A stretch of DNA of 64,000 nucleotides, taken from contig CALGLP010000009.1 of NCBI GenBank assembly GCA_937930175.1, positions 549 to 64,548 on the forward strand, written 5' to 3'. Within the stretch, counting starts at the first letter, position 1. Each line of letters begins with the position of its first letter. The notes under the pieces were generated by a model, which saw nothing but the letters and a program-made list of their open reading frames with translations, had not been told where the DNA came from and ran no database searches. The stretch is from an uncultured bacterium. Lineage in GTDB: Bacteria > Omnitrophota > Gorgyraeia > Zapsychrales > Aceulaceae. Below, in pieces: positions 31,959 through 41,511 of the stretch. Made by a program: the position numbers and the translations under genes.

Positions 31959-34900
31959 ATGAAAAAATTTGTTATTATGATCATGACCTGTGCGTTCCTA
32001 ACATCTATTTTTCTGGCTACGGGATATTGCCAGTTTGATGCAAGGAAGAGAGCCAAAGAAGCGCCCTTGAAGAATAATAAAAACGCCGAAGTTGTCAAAG
32101 AAACGTTGGATTCTGATCTTGATCCGGCAGCAAGCTCTTTGCGCGTAAGATATTCGTATCCGGTTCCCCGAGTGAATAGAGTAGCGCTGGAAGATAAAGT
32201 TTATGATGAGATTTCGTTAAATAATGTTCAGAATTTTGCCGAACCGGGACAGCCGCTCTTGCCGCTCGACGGTCATTATATTTTGATCCCGCAAGGAAAG
32301 AAAGTTGTCGATATTTCTGTCAAAACAGATGATGCCAAATCTTTAGGTACGGGATTTATTGTCAGGCCCGAAAGCGAGCCCGTGTTTGTTTCCGATGATC
32401 GGGGAAAACCCCTTCCCATTCCTAACGAAGACATTTATTCATCCAACGAGATGTTTCCCGGAGAGATCGCCAAAAAGGTTAGTTCTTCCTGGTTTCGAGG
32501 ATATCAGATCCTTGCTTTAAACATCGCTCCGGTGCAATTCATTCCCTCTTCGGGAGAAGTTCTTTATTATCGAGACATTACGATTCATGTGACCTTGGCT
32601 CAAGATCGTGATCCGGTTCATCCGCTGTTTAGAGGCAGCAAAACAGATCGCCTTGAGATCAGGCGTCGGGTTGAAAATCCCTCTGTGGCCGATACCTATC
32701 TTGATAAAGTGAGGAACGTGTCCGAAACAGCTTACGATATGGTGATCATTACCGGCGCTGATCTTGTCAATGGATTAGTACCTCTTAAAAACATGCATGA
32801 TAGTACCGGGGTCAGCACCCATATCGTTACCGTTGAGGATATTTACCAAAATTACCCAGGGGTCGATAACCCTGAGAAAATCCGTAATTTTATTATTTCG
32901 GCATACAATGATTGGCAGGTTGATTACGTTCTGCTCGCGGGGGATGCCGGGATCATTCCTGCGCGGCTATTACGGCCAAGCCAGAGCGGAGATGCGACCG
33001 TAGTTTCAGATCAATATTACTCTTGTCTTGATGGTCCCTACAATGCCGATGGTGATCAATACTGGGGAGAAATTCATGATGGAGAAAATGGAGAAGATAT
33101 TGATTTCTTTGCAGAGGTTTACATTGGAAGGGCGACTATAGAAAATTCTCAGGAAGTTCAGAACTTTGTCAATAAAACAATTGCATATGTGAACCTAGAT
33201 CCAAATTCTGATTATTTAAAGAAAGTTTCTTTGATGGGAGAACACATAGGTGAGGATTATTGGGGTGGAGATGCTCTTGATCGTTTAATCGATGGAGCTT
33301 TTTACAACAACAAAATAACGGTAGGGTTGCCTTCTCATGAGCTGGATATAGAAACTCTTTATGATGAGAATTGGCCATATAATCAATGGCCGAAGCAAGA
33401 GGTAATTAATTTAATCAATTCTGGAGTTCACATTATTAATCATCATGGGCACTCTGGCACAGATTTGAACATGAAAATACTATCGAATCCGGATGTCTTA
33501 GGTCTTACGAATGAAAAATTGTGTTTTATTTATTCCGCGGGATGTTCTCCAGGGTATTTTGTTCGTTATAACGAAGATGTTATTGCCGAATATTTTACGA
33601 TCAAAACGGAGAATGCGGCTGTTTTTGGGATTTGGTATACCTGCTCTTCTTCTTCCTATGTCAGTGAACAGCTTCAATCGTATTTCTGGGATTCGGTATT
33701 TTATGATGGATTGATAGTCCCTAGCATGGCTTTACAATCAAGCAAGGAGAAGTATGCGTACGCGTATAATGGAACTGCTGTGCGTCAGAATGTCTTTGGT
33801 CTAACTTTATTTGGAGATCCTGCCGTTCACTTTAATGGATCATTTTTCGATGAATCAGTTGTCAAAATAGCCGATATTTTGCATCACAATGTACTTGAAA
33901 ATGAACTTTATACTTTTCAGGTTCAACTTGATCATAGTGATCCGCAAAAAACATATCTCTATTCGCTATCTTCTGCTCCTGAAGAAATGGAAATTGACTC
34001 CTTGACAGGCGCAATTTCCTGGATACCTCAACGTGCAGATGTCGGAGCCAATCACATTTGCGTAAAGGTCGCTGATGCTGACGATCCTGAAATTTATGAT
34101 CTAGAACAGTATGCTGTTGTTGTTGATTACATCAATCATCCACCTGTGGCTAATGATGATTCGGCAACGCTCTATGAGAATTTGTATACGTATATCTATG
34201 TTCTAGATAACGATAGTGATCCGGATTTGGGTTATGGAGACTCTCTAACCATCGATAGCATTGTTAATGCTCCTGCTGGAGGAACGGCCGTGATTTCAAA
34301 TGGAACAAGAATTAGGTACGCGGCTAATAATGGTTTTGTTGGCTTGGATTCCTTTGCTTATGCGGTTCGTGATGCTTCAGGGGAAATGGATACAGCCGAA
34401 GTGTCTGTTTTTGTCAAAGACAGAGACGTATTGTTGCATCAAGGATGGAATCTCTTTTCATTGAATATGAACAATTGGTATCCTTCTAAAAAGTTGTCCT
34501 ATTTCTTGCAGTCTTTGATTGATCAGGGAATTGTTGAAATTGTCAAGGATGATACATCTCATGTGATTTGGCCTGAGTATGGAATCGATACGATCGGGCT
34601 TATGAAGGCAACTGAAGGTTATCAAATCAAGGTCACACAAGACGCTGCGATCCCTGTTTACGGAAGTCCTGTAAATTCTTCTTCATTAAATATCTCGCTG
34701 CAGCAAGGGTGGAATATTGTCGGGTATCCGATGTTAGAAGAGCATCCTGGGCTTGCCTTTGTAAAACCTCTTATTGAACAAGAAGTATTGATTGAGGTTA
34801 TTGATGAAAACAATCAGAAGATTTATCACAATGGATCAGCATGGGTCAATCAAATTGGCAATTTTAAACCAGGAGAAGGGTATCATATAAAGCTCTCTGC

Positions 34901-36209
34901 GAGCGCAGAGATGAAAATTCCGGAGGATTCATTTTTTCTATCCGGAAATATTAAAGATTCTAATGGAAATGATATCGAGGCCATTGCTCCGATAACGATC
35001 GCACTGATCGGCGAAGGGCAATTTGAGGGCATCAATTTTACAGCCATCATAGAAGAAGGCGATTATGACTATTACATCCCCAATGTCATTTTCGGGTGGA
35101 CAGGAACGATCAATGTGACAAGTGATGCTTATAATTTTGAAATGATGAGCCCCGGGGTGACTGTTCCTCTGACCGAGAAAAGAAACAATCTAGATTTTGA
35201 AGCGACGTTAAAAACATACATCATTTCAGGGACGGTTACCTGTAACGGCCAAGGTGTTGAGGGGGTTGAGTTTAAAGATAGCCATGGTGTTTGGCTCGGA
35301 TCAACGGGGCCTACGGGAGAGTATTTCTTTAATCTTCCGTATGAATGGACAGATATCATCATTCCCACCAAGGAACATTATACGTTTTTACCTGAAAGTC
35401 AGGCCTATAGCTGGTTGAGAAGTGATCAAGCGCAAGATTTTATTGCAACGAAAATCTCAGCTTCCATTTCCGGGGAGATTCTTTATGAAGATGGCAGTCC
35501 TCTGGGAGGCGTTGAAATCAAGAAAGGAGATGAGGTTCTTGCGGTGACGGGATCAAATGGGCTATATTCTTTTAGTAAACCTGCTGGCTGGTCAGGAACG
35601 GTTCATCCTGAGAAGGCGAACTATATCTTTGATCCGGAGAGTAGAGAGTATACTGATCTTGAGCAAAATCAAGAGTCTCAAGATTATGAGGCTAGCACAG
35701 AAGAAACTTTCACCCAGATCGTAGAACTTCATGAAGGGTGGAATAATTTTGCGCCTATTGTCATCGCGCAAAGCATGCATGTCGAGGATTTATTAGCTCC
35801 ATTGGTTCTCGAAGGAAAACTGGTCACTTGTTATGATCGGACAGGGTCTTTTTACAATCCAAATACCGGGCTCAATCAAATTAGCCAGCCGTTGAGTGTC
35901 GGTTATGGGGTTACGTTGCAATTAAATGCTCCTACAACGCTGTTTGTTCCGGGGGAATCTTTTACTTCACAAGTCACTGTCGACCTCTTTAGTGGAAATA
36001 ATTATATTGGATTTCCAGTTAATAAAAATGCGATGGAAACACTACAGGGATTAATTGACGCTGGGGTCTTAGTCTATGTGATGGATCGTACAACTGGCGG
36101 TACTATTTCTTATTATGGAGGCACTTGGATAGATTCTATAGGTCAGTTTGTCAAAGGGCGGGCGTACTGGATTGTGGTTAATCAGAATTCACAGATTGAC
36201 GTGCAATAG
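31959..36209 (+). CDS. Secreted multidomain peptidase: C25 (gingipain-like, clan CD) cysteine peptidase core + cadherin/Ig-like domain + 2 CarboxypepD_reg-like domains + 3 unclassified repeats
   Basis: Start at the ATG at 31959 (MKKFVIMIMTCAFLTSIFLATGYC, signal peptide) with an AAAGGA Shine-Dalgarno. A caspase-like His/Cys dyad (INHHGHSG ... 33 aa ... SAGCSPG) has the same spacing as gingipain His211/Cys244. A YVLLAGDAGIIPAR motif is present. Further on there is a Big_9/cadherin-like segment (VLDNDSDPDLGYGDSLTI), two CarboxypepD_reg-like modules and three LxxGWN repeats. It is the only plus-strand gene in the window. Confidence 0.8.
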   Translation: MKKFVIMIMTCAFLTSIFLATGYCQFDARKRAKEAPLKNNKNAEVVKETLDSDLDPAASSLRVRYSYPVPRVNRVALEDKVYDEISLNNVQNFAEPGQPLLPLDGHYILIPQGKKVVDISVKTDDAKSLGTGFIVRPESEPVFVSDDRGKPLPIPNEDIYSSNEMFPGEIAKKVSSSWFRGYQILALNIAPVQFIPSSGEVLYYRDITIHVTLAQDRDPVHPLFRGSKTDRLEIRRRVENPSVADTYLDKVRNVSETAYDMVIITGADLVNGLVPLKNMHDSTGVSTHIVTVEDIYQNYPGVDNPEKIRNFIISAYNDWQVDYVLLAGDAGIIPARLLRPSQSGDATVVSDQYYSCLDGPYNADGDQYWGEIHDGENGEDIDFFAEVYIGRATIENSQEVQNFVNKTIAYVNLDPNSDYLKKVSLMGEHIGEDYWGGDALDRLIDGAFYNNKITVGLPSHELDIETLYDENWPYNQWPKQEVINLINSGVHIINHHGHSGTDLNMKILSNPDVLGLTNEKLCFIYSAGCSPGYFVRYNEDVIAEYFTIKTENAAVFGIWYTCSSSSYVSEQLQSYFWDSVFYDGLIVPSMALQSSKEKYAYAYNGTAVRQNVFGLTLFGDPAVHFNGSFFDESVVKIADILHHNVLENELYTFQVQLDHSDPQKTYLYSLSSAPEEMEIDSLTGAISWIPQRADVGANHICVKVADADDPEIYDLEQYAVVVDYINHPPVANDDSATLYENLYTYIYVLDNDSDPDLGYGDSLTIDSIVNAPAGGTAVISNGTRIRYAANNGFVGLDSFAYAVRDASGEMDTAEVSVFVKDRDVLLHQGWNLFSLNMNNWYPSKKLSYFLQSLIDQGIVEIVKDDTSHVIWPEYGIDTIGLMKATEGYQIKVTQDAAIPVYGSPVNSSSLNISLQQGWNIVGYPMLEEHPGLAFVKPLIEQEVLIEVIDENNQKIYHNGSAWVNQIGNFKPGEGYHIKLSASAEMKIPEDSFFLSGNIKDSNGNDIEAIAPITIALIGEGQFEGINFTAIIEEGDYDYYIPNVIFGWTGTINVTSDAYNFEMMSPGVTVPLTEKRNNLDFEATLKTYIISGTVTCNGQGVEGVEFKDSHGVWLGSTGPTGEYFFNLPYEWTDIIIPTKEHYTFLPESQAYSWLRSDQAQDFIATKISASISGEILYEDGSPLGGVEIKKGDEVLAVTGSNGLYSFSKPAGWSGTVHPEKANYIFDPESREYTDLEQNQESQDYEASTEETFTQIVELHEGWNNFAPIVIAQSMHVEDLLAPLVLEGKLVTCYDRTGSFYNPNTGLNQISQPLSVGYGVTLQLNAPTTLFVPGESFTSQVTVDLFSGNNYIGFPVNKNAMETLQGLIDAGVLVYVMDRTTGGTISYYGGTWIDSIGQFVKGRAYWIVVNQNSQIDVQ

Positions 36210-36495
36210 GTTCAAGGGCAGTATTCTCAATATCGATATATCAAAAGAGGGTTCTGTCTTTGATTTTATAAAAGATAAAGACTGACACCCCCAAAGGCTT
36301 CGCTAGGTTCCATGACGCGCTTTGATGCAATTTTCCTTTCTACCTACCCCCGACCTCTTTCCCAAAAGCCATGGCTTGCTTACGAACATCCTGCGGCATG
36401 TCTTCTCCTAAAATATCAACAGATTCAATATCTTGTTATTTCTGCTAAGCGGAATTACGCTCTTTTTAAGTATGAAGAGCCTCGCGTGCTCAAAA

Positions 36496-36735
36496 TTATT
36501 TATAATTAAATAAATCCGCCAAGGTGTAGGTTTTTGTGGTTGCCGCATTAAGGGCATTTAAAATTTTAGCCTTCATGTGCGGGGTAATTCTGCGGCCTTT
36601 AAGAGCATGGGCAACCTGCTTGTGGGTAAGCTGCGTAGTTGAGACGGCCACAAGGTCATGGGTCTTGAGATGATGTTCGGTCATGATCTTCCCTATTGGC
36701 TGGAGACCAAAATTTTTCTCAAGGTCGGTGCGCAT
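36496..36735 (-). CDS. Hypothetical small protein (possible HTH-like)
   Basis: 79 aa (MRTDLEKNFGLQPIGKIMTEHH...LTHKQVAHALKGRRITPHMKAKILNAL...). An alternative internal start at 36684 is possible. No family recognised. Tightly packed after the 75-aa ORF. Confidence 0.45.
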   Translation of the reverse strand: MRTDLEKNFGLQPIGKIMTEHHLKTHDLVAVSTTQLTHKQVAHALKGRRITPHMKAKILNALNAATTKTYTLADLFNYK

Positions 36736-36752
36736 AAACTTTGCAAATCCCT

Positions 36753-36980
36753 TTACAATTTGATAATATCTTTCGAATATTGATTGCCATCATTGATCGT
36801 TCTTAAAAACGCAGGAAAAGCTCTCGCGGGAATGACCATCTCCGTGACCTTTTCATGCGTCACATCTTCAAAAATCATAGTTACGCCTTTACGGCCTTCC
36901 TCATCCATAAAATGTTTAATGTAAATACTAAAATGCGAACCTAAATAATCCCACTCGATCAATTGATTAATTTTTGCCAT
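36753..36980 (-). CDS. Hypothetical small protein
   Basis: 75 aa (MAKINQLIEWDYLGSHFSIYIKHF...). No family recognised. Its stop is 8 nt from the pilZ-like gene and 17 nt from the next small ORF. Confidence 0.45.
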   Translation of the reverse strand: MAKINQLIEWDYLGSHFSIYIKHFMDEEGRKGVTMIFEDVTHEKVTEMVIPARAFPAFLRTINDGNQYSKDIIKL

Positions 36981-36987
36981 ACAACTC

Positions 36988-37356
36988 CTAGCGATAGTTA
37001 TCGAATCGTTGAGCCGAATTAAGATAATTCAAGAGCTTCTTAACATCAAGCTCAGGAAGATCAATAAATTTGACCCCTGCCTCGTAACGCTTATTTCTGA
37101 CGATCTCATTGATCCAGCGGACCACGCCTTTAGCCACAAAGCAAAAATCAAGATGCTCAAGACTGATGGAGACATCTACAATCGTCCCGATCTCAAGCTT
37201 TTCCGTCACAATAAAACAAATGCCAGACTGGCTGATATCCTTAGCTTCCGTCTTTTTCTTTTTGCCCGAAGACGCGGCCTCGTAGACAACTTCAGAACAG
37301 TCCGGGACACGGACAAACTCACGCTGATTAAAATGTTCAGTGGTATCGGTCATCAT
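36988..37356 (-). CDS. PilZ-domain protein (putative c-di-GMP receptor)
   Basis: Start at MMTDTTEH (37354-37356) with a strong GGAGGA Shine-Dalgarno 4 nt upstream. PilZ signature motifs REFVR (RxxxR) and DISQSGICF (D/NxSxxG) are present. Confidence 0.7.
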   Translation of the reverse strand: MMTDTTEHFNQREFVRVPDCSEVVYEAASSGKKKKTEAKDISQSGICFIVTEKLEIGTIVDVSISLEHLDFCFVAKGVVRWINEIVRNKRYEAGVKFIDLPELDVKKLLNYLNSAQRFDNYR

Positions 37357-37428
37357 CAATTCCTCCGTAAACAGGTTAAAAATGTTTTCGCTTGAACAGC
37401 ACAATAATTTTAAAAAGCACCCTTCACG

Positions 37429-38484
37429 CTACCCATCCTGCTTGGCACTTAAGATTTTATCAGCTGCTTGAAGAACATGCAAAACAGAAATTGCCTTGAG
37501 GCATTTAAAGCCTAATTGGCAGCGATGCGCCAAACATCGCCGACAACCAACATCCTCATGCAAGGCAACATCAAGCGCTCCCAGCGGTTTCCATCGCGCT
37601 GGAGAAAGGCCCAGCTGATGGCGTCCAAAAATCGAAATCACCGGGGTTTTAACACCGACAGCCAAATGGACAGGGCCAGAATCATTAGAAATAAGTAACG
37701 TGCAACGCTTGAGAACGCTGATGAGCTGGCTTAAAGTTGTCTTTCCTGCCAGATCTATCGGGGGTTGTTTCATGGATTGAAAAACCTCTTGAACAATATG
37801 CTTCTGATCGCGAGAGCCAATGAGCACAATCTTGGCATGGTATTTTTGAGCTATCCTGTCTGCAACTTCACTAAAACGCTCAAATGGCCAACGCTTGGAA
37901 ATACAGCTAGCTCCTGGATGAATCGCAATAAGCGTATCCCTTGGAGCAATACCTTGCTGTTGAAAAAACTCTTGAGCCCATGCCTCCGATTCAGCTTTAA
38001 CATGAACATAAAGATTTCTTTCAACTCCTTCAATGCCTAAATACTTCAAGAGACCCAAGCAATATTCTGCCTCATGGCACTCACCATTGGTACGCGGGTC
38101 AGGATACTGTTCTGTTAATAAAAATCCTAGTTTGTTGTTTTGAAATCCTACGCGCCGAGGAATACCCGCATGAAAAAGCATAAGATTCATCCGGCTTTTT
38201 AAATGATAATTAATCGCTAGATCAAAATTCTTTTTCCTTAGTTTAAAAATGAAACGCCAGAAATTCAAAAATCCCGCGTTAGCTCCCTTTTTATCATAAA
38301 CAATCACTTCGTCAAGCAAAGGACAGCCTTCCACAATATCCTTAGTGAGGGGTGCAACCATCATCGAGATTTTGGCTTTTGGATATGCCTTGCGCAAAGC
38401 CTCGATCACAGGCGTAGTCAGAACCACATCCCCAACGCGATCGGTACGCACGATAAGAATACGATTTAAGTTTGGCTTTCCCAT
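37429..38484 (-). CDS. Glycosyltransferase family 9 (LPS heptosyltransferase-like), paralog 1
   Basis: 351 aa starting ILIVRTDRVGDVVLTTPVIEALRKAYP; a C-terminal GNDSGPVHLA motif is typical of GT9 (WaaC/WaaF/WaaQ). Confidence 0.85.
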   Translation of the reverse strand: MGKPNLNRILIVRTDRVGDVVLTTPVIEALRKAYPKAKISMMVAPLTKDIVEGCPLLDEVIVYDKKGANAGFLNFWRFIFKLRKKNFDLAINYHLKSRMNLMLFHAGIPRRVGFQNNKLGFLLTEQYPDPRTNGECHEAEYCLGLLKYLGIEGVERNLYVHVKAESEAWAQEFFQQQGIAPRDTLIAIHPGASCISKRWPFERFSEVADRIAQKYHAKIVLIGSRDQKHIVQEVFQSMKQPPIDLAGKTTLSQLISVLKRCTLLISNDSGPVHLAVGVKTPVISIFGRHQLGLSPARWKPLGALDVALHEDVGCRRCLAHRCQLGFKCLKAISVLHVLQAADKILSAKQDG

Positions 38485-38485
38485 T

Positions 38486-39442
38486 TTAAAAAATACTTTT
38501 AATCTTGGCTAAAACATCTTTAACCTCAATGCCGCTCATGAATCCTTCGCCATGCTCGCCCTTAGATTGAGTCTGAACAAAAGCACCTTTCGCTCCCCAA
38601 GGCCCATATTTTCGAGGATCGGTTGGCCCAAAAAGTGCCACTACCGGAACATCAAAATAGCTCGCCAAATGCATAACTGCACTATCATTACAAAGCACCA
38701 AATGACTATTGCGCAAAACCCATACAGCCTCCAAAAGAGAAACTCTCCCACAAAGATTCACAACCCCTGGGGGCAATCTGGTAATAACGCGCTCGCTATA
38801 TTCTTTGTCTTGCGCATCCCCTATAAAAAGAATCGGAAGCTTGTATTCATCGATAAGCGCCTGACAAACAGCGACAAAACCATCAACCGTCCATCGCTTT
38901 CGCGTGTCCGCAGCTCCAGGAGATACAACAAAATAACTTTTAGACCATCCAAGGGACGGATGAAAAAGACTTTCCGCGTGTTTACGGATCAGTTCACTAA
39001 TAAAAAGCGCATAGCGCTTTGTAGTAATTTGAGCATCAGGAACAACGCTCTTAAGTCTCAAGAAATGCTGATCCTTTTTATGAAGAGCTAAGGTTTTCTT
39101 CATCAATACCGACGTATGAAATGGCACGCCTAAAAAATACGCAAGCGCGGTATTGCGCAAATCAATAACAAGATCAAAGCGCTCACAATACAATCGTTTA
39201 AACAACAAAAAAAGATCAAACCAAGACTCTTTTTTCGTAAAGATATAAATATTCTTGATATACGGATTCTGATCAAAGAGCGTTCGCGCTTTAGGGCCAA
39301 CGACAAGGGAGACTTCCGCAAGCGGAAACTGCGTGATCACGGCATCGATCGTAGGACATGTCAAGACAACGTCCCCGATGTTTGTCAGGCTAACGATCAA
39401 AATCTTTTTAATACGCGAATTCTCTAATTTTTTGAATAACAT
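38486..39442 (-). CDS. Glycosyltransferase family 9 (heptosyltransferase-like), paralog 2
   Basis: 318 aa starting ILIVSLTNIGDVVLTCPTIDAV; a CNDSAVMHLA motif is present. Confidence 0.85.
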   Translation of the reverse strand: MLFKKLENSRIKKILIVSLTNIGDVVLTCPTIDAVITQFPLAEVSLVVGPKARTLFDQNPYIKNIYIFTKKESWFDLFLLFKRLYCERFDLVIDLRNTALAYFLGVPFHTSVLMKKTLALHKKDQHFLRLKSVVPDAQITTKRYALFISELIRKHAESLFHPSLGWSKSYFVVSPGAADTRKRWTVDGFVAVCQALIDEYKLPILFIGDAQDKEYSERVITRLPPGVVNLCGRVSLLEAVWVLRNSHLVLCNDSAVMHLASYFDVPVVALFGPTDPRKYGPWGAKGAFVQTQSKGEHGEGFMSGIEVKDVLAKIKSIF

Positions 39443-40421
39443 GGTTCACCGTAATGGCCTTCATACAGACATTATCAGGGCATTTTAAATGATAACAAGG
39501 TTTTATATTGCATCCCATCTCATGACGAATAACCATGCTCTTGCCACTGCCACGCGGACCCGTTACAGAAGGATGCGTTGGGCCAAAAAGCCCGATAACG
39601 GATGTTCCGACACTATTGGCCAAATGCAAAGGCCCTGAGTCACCGGAGATGACAACGCTAGCCCTTTGTAAGAGCGCGACAAGCTCCCCAAGGTTTGTCT
39701 TGCCAGCTAAAACAACGGGTTTGCGCGCTGCCAAAGCGCTCACCTCTTGCGCAAGCGCAAGATCATCTTCCCCGCCGCAAACAACAACCTTCGCGTTAAA
39801 ATCACGCGTAAGTGCATCAAAAAGTTTCGCAAAATTCTCAACCGACCATCGCTTCAAATTCCAATTTCCGCCGATATGAACAACCACACAAAAATCTCCC
39901 TCATGAATCTGAAAGCCCGTGAGCATATCCTTAACACGCCTGACAGCCTCTTGATCAACCTCAAGACAAGTCTGACGATTTTTGACAGCAATCCCTAGGG
40001 GCTCAAGAACTTTCAGATAAAGATCGCTGCGATGCACAACTCCCTCATCCATAACAACGCGATGTGTCAACAACCATCCACGTTTCTTTCTATCATACCC
40101 GACACGAATCGGAATACCAGCAAGAAAAACAAGTAACGCCCTTGTCCAAGAGCCATGCAGCAAAAAAACAGCATCAAAGTCTTTGGAGCGAAGATGCGCG
40201 ATCAGTTTAAGTTTACCCCAAAGCGATCGGTCATGGCCTTTCTCATCGTAAACAATAATCTCATCCACATAAGGGACTTGCTTTAAAATGCCCACCACCC
40301 GCGGCAACGCTAAAGCACTCACGCGAGATTGCGGATATGTGTCTTTGATAGCTTGAAAAACAGGGGCTGAAAAAACAATATCCCCCAGCCAATTCACATT
40401 AACAACAAGAATGTTTTTCAT
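39408..40421 (-). CDS. Glycosyltransferase family 9 (heptosyltransferase-like), paralog 3
   Basis: 337 aa starting ILVVNVNWLGDIVFSAPVFQAI; a GDSGPLHLA motif is present. Confidence 0.85.
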   Translation of the reverse strand: MKNILVVNVNWLGDIVFSAPVFQAIKDTYPQSRVSALALPRVVGILKQVPYVDEIIVYDEKGHDRSLWGKLKLIAHLRSKDFDAVFLLHGSWTRALLVFLAGIPIRVGYDRKKRGWLLTHRVVMDEGVVHRSDLYLKVLEPLGIAVKNRQTCLEVDQEAVRRVKDMLTGFQIHEGDFCVVVHIGGNWNLKRWSVENFAKLFDALTRDFNAKVVVCGGEDDLALAQEVSALAARKPVVLAGKTNLGELVALLQRASVVISGDSGPLHLANSVGTSVIGLFGPTHPSVTGPRGSGKSMVIRHEMGCNIKPCYHLKCPDNVCMKAITVNHVIQKIREFAY

Positions 40422-41511
40422 GCGCCATCACTTTTTTGTAAACATTGAGGGTTTGAACAATCATACGTTCAAACGAAAAATTCCTGCAAATAAAATTGTA
40501 AGCCGCTTCTCCAAGTTCAGAACGCTCTTGTTCATTTTCCATAAGATAAATGATCGCTTGACTTAAGCGATCAACATTTTCTTTGGGAACAAGGATCCCT
40601 GTCTTACCGTCTTGAATCAGCGTTGGTAATCCTCCGACGTTGGAAGCAATGACAGCCAAGCCTTGAGCCTGGGCCTCCATTACGGACAACCCCAATCCCT
40701 CTTGGCGCGACGGCATCACAAAAATATCAAAGAAAGGCAACATATTCTGCTCGCCCTGACTCGTGGGAACAAAAAAAACGTTAGACTCAAGTGACAACTG
40801 CTTTGCCAGCGACACGAGCGCCTCCTTCCATTTTCCCTCACCCACGATCACAAGATTCACATCAGGATATTGGCTCACAACTTTTTTCACAGCCTTAATC
40901 AAAATATCTTGGCCTTTAACTTCAGAAAGCCGTGCGACAATACCCACGATCAGCCCAGGCTTCAGCCCCAATTCTTTGCGCTTGTCGTTTTTTCTGATTT
41001 CACTCCAGCCATAACGCTGACTCTCAAGTCCATGGGGAACAAGAAAAACATTTTCTTGCGTGCAGCCAAAATCTTTTTTCAAATGCTCTTCCACCTGTGC
41101 GCTAATGGCGATCACCGCCTTGCCCCAACAAGGAAAAAGGGCACGCACAATCTTTGGCGTAAAAAATCCATGGCAAGTGGTCACATAAGGAACTTTTGTA
41201 AAAAATGATACACACGCGGCCAAAACTTGCGTCACGCGCGTTTGCGCATGGATCACCTCAATATGATTTTGTTTCACCATGTCCATCACATAAGGGACAT
41301 TGCGATAAATTTTCAAGCTTAATTCTGATTTTGTTTTGATATCCAAACTGATATGTTTGGCGCCGATCGCGCTCAAATCGCCCACGCGATCTCCCCCGCT
41401 CGTGGCTATATAAACATGATGGCCTTTTTGCACCAAACCCTTCGCAATACCCAAAACATAACTGGTGATCCCGCCAGTATTAAAATGCGTTGCCAAAATC
41501 AAAATATTCAT
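40399..41511 (-). CDS. Glycosyltransferase family 4 (GT-B, retaining)
   Basis: 370 aa. A C-terminal EGLGLSVMEAQAQGLAVIASNVGG (E-x7-E region) is typical of GT4. Confidence 0.85.
   Translation of the reverse strand: MNILILATHFNTGGITSYVLGIAKGLVQKGHHVYIATSGGDRVGDLSAIGAKHISLDIKTKSELSLKIYRNVPYVMDMVKQNHIEVIHAQTRVTQVLAACVSFFTKVPYVTTCHGFFTPKIVRALFPCWGKAVIAISAQVEEHLKKDFGCTQENVFLVPHGLESQRYGWSEIRKNDKRKELGLKPGLIVGIVARLSEVKGQDILIKAVKKVVSQYPDVNLVIVGEGKWKEALVSLAKQLSLESNVFFVPTSQGEQNMLPFFDIFVMPSRQEGLGLSVMEAQAQGLAVIASNVGGLPTLIQDGKTGILVPKENVDRLSQAIIYLMENEQERSELGEAAYNFICRNFSFERMIVQTLNVYKKVMAHEKHSCC

Noticed and set aside
36312-36509. 65-aa plus-strand ORF in the convergent intergenic region after the peptidase gene
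   Set aside because: No Shine-Dalgarno, odd composition, and it overlaps the 3' end of the minus-strand 79-aa ORF. It is probably non-coding. A weak hairpin (agcg-gaatta-cgct plus T5 at 36448..36467) may be a plus-strand terminator, but the stem is only 4 bp.
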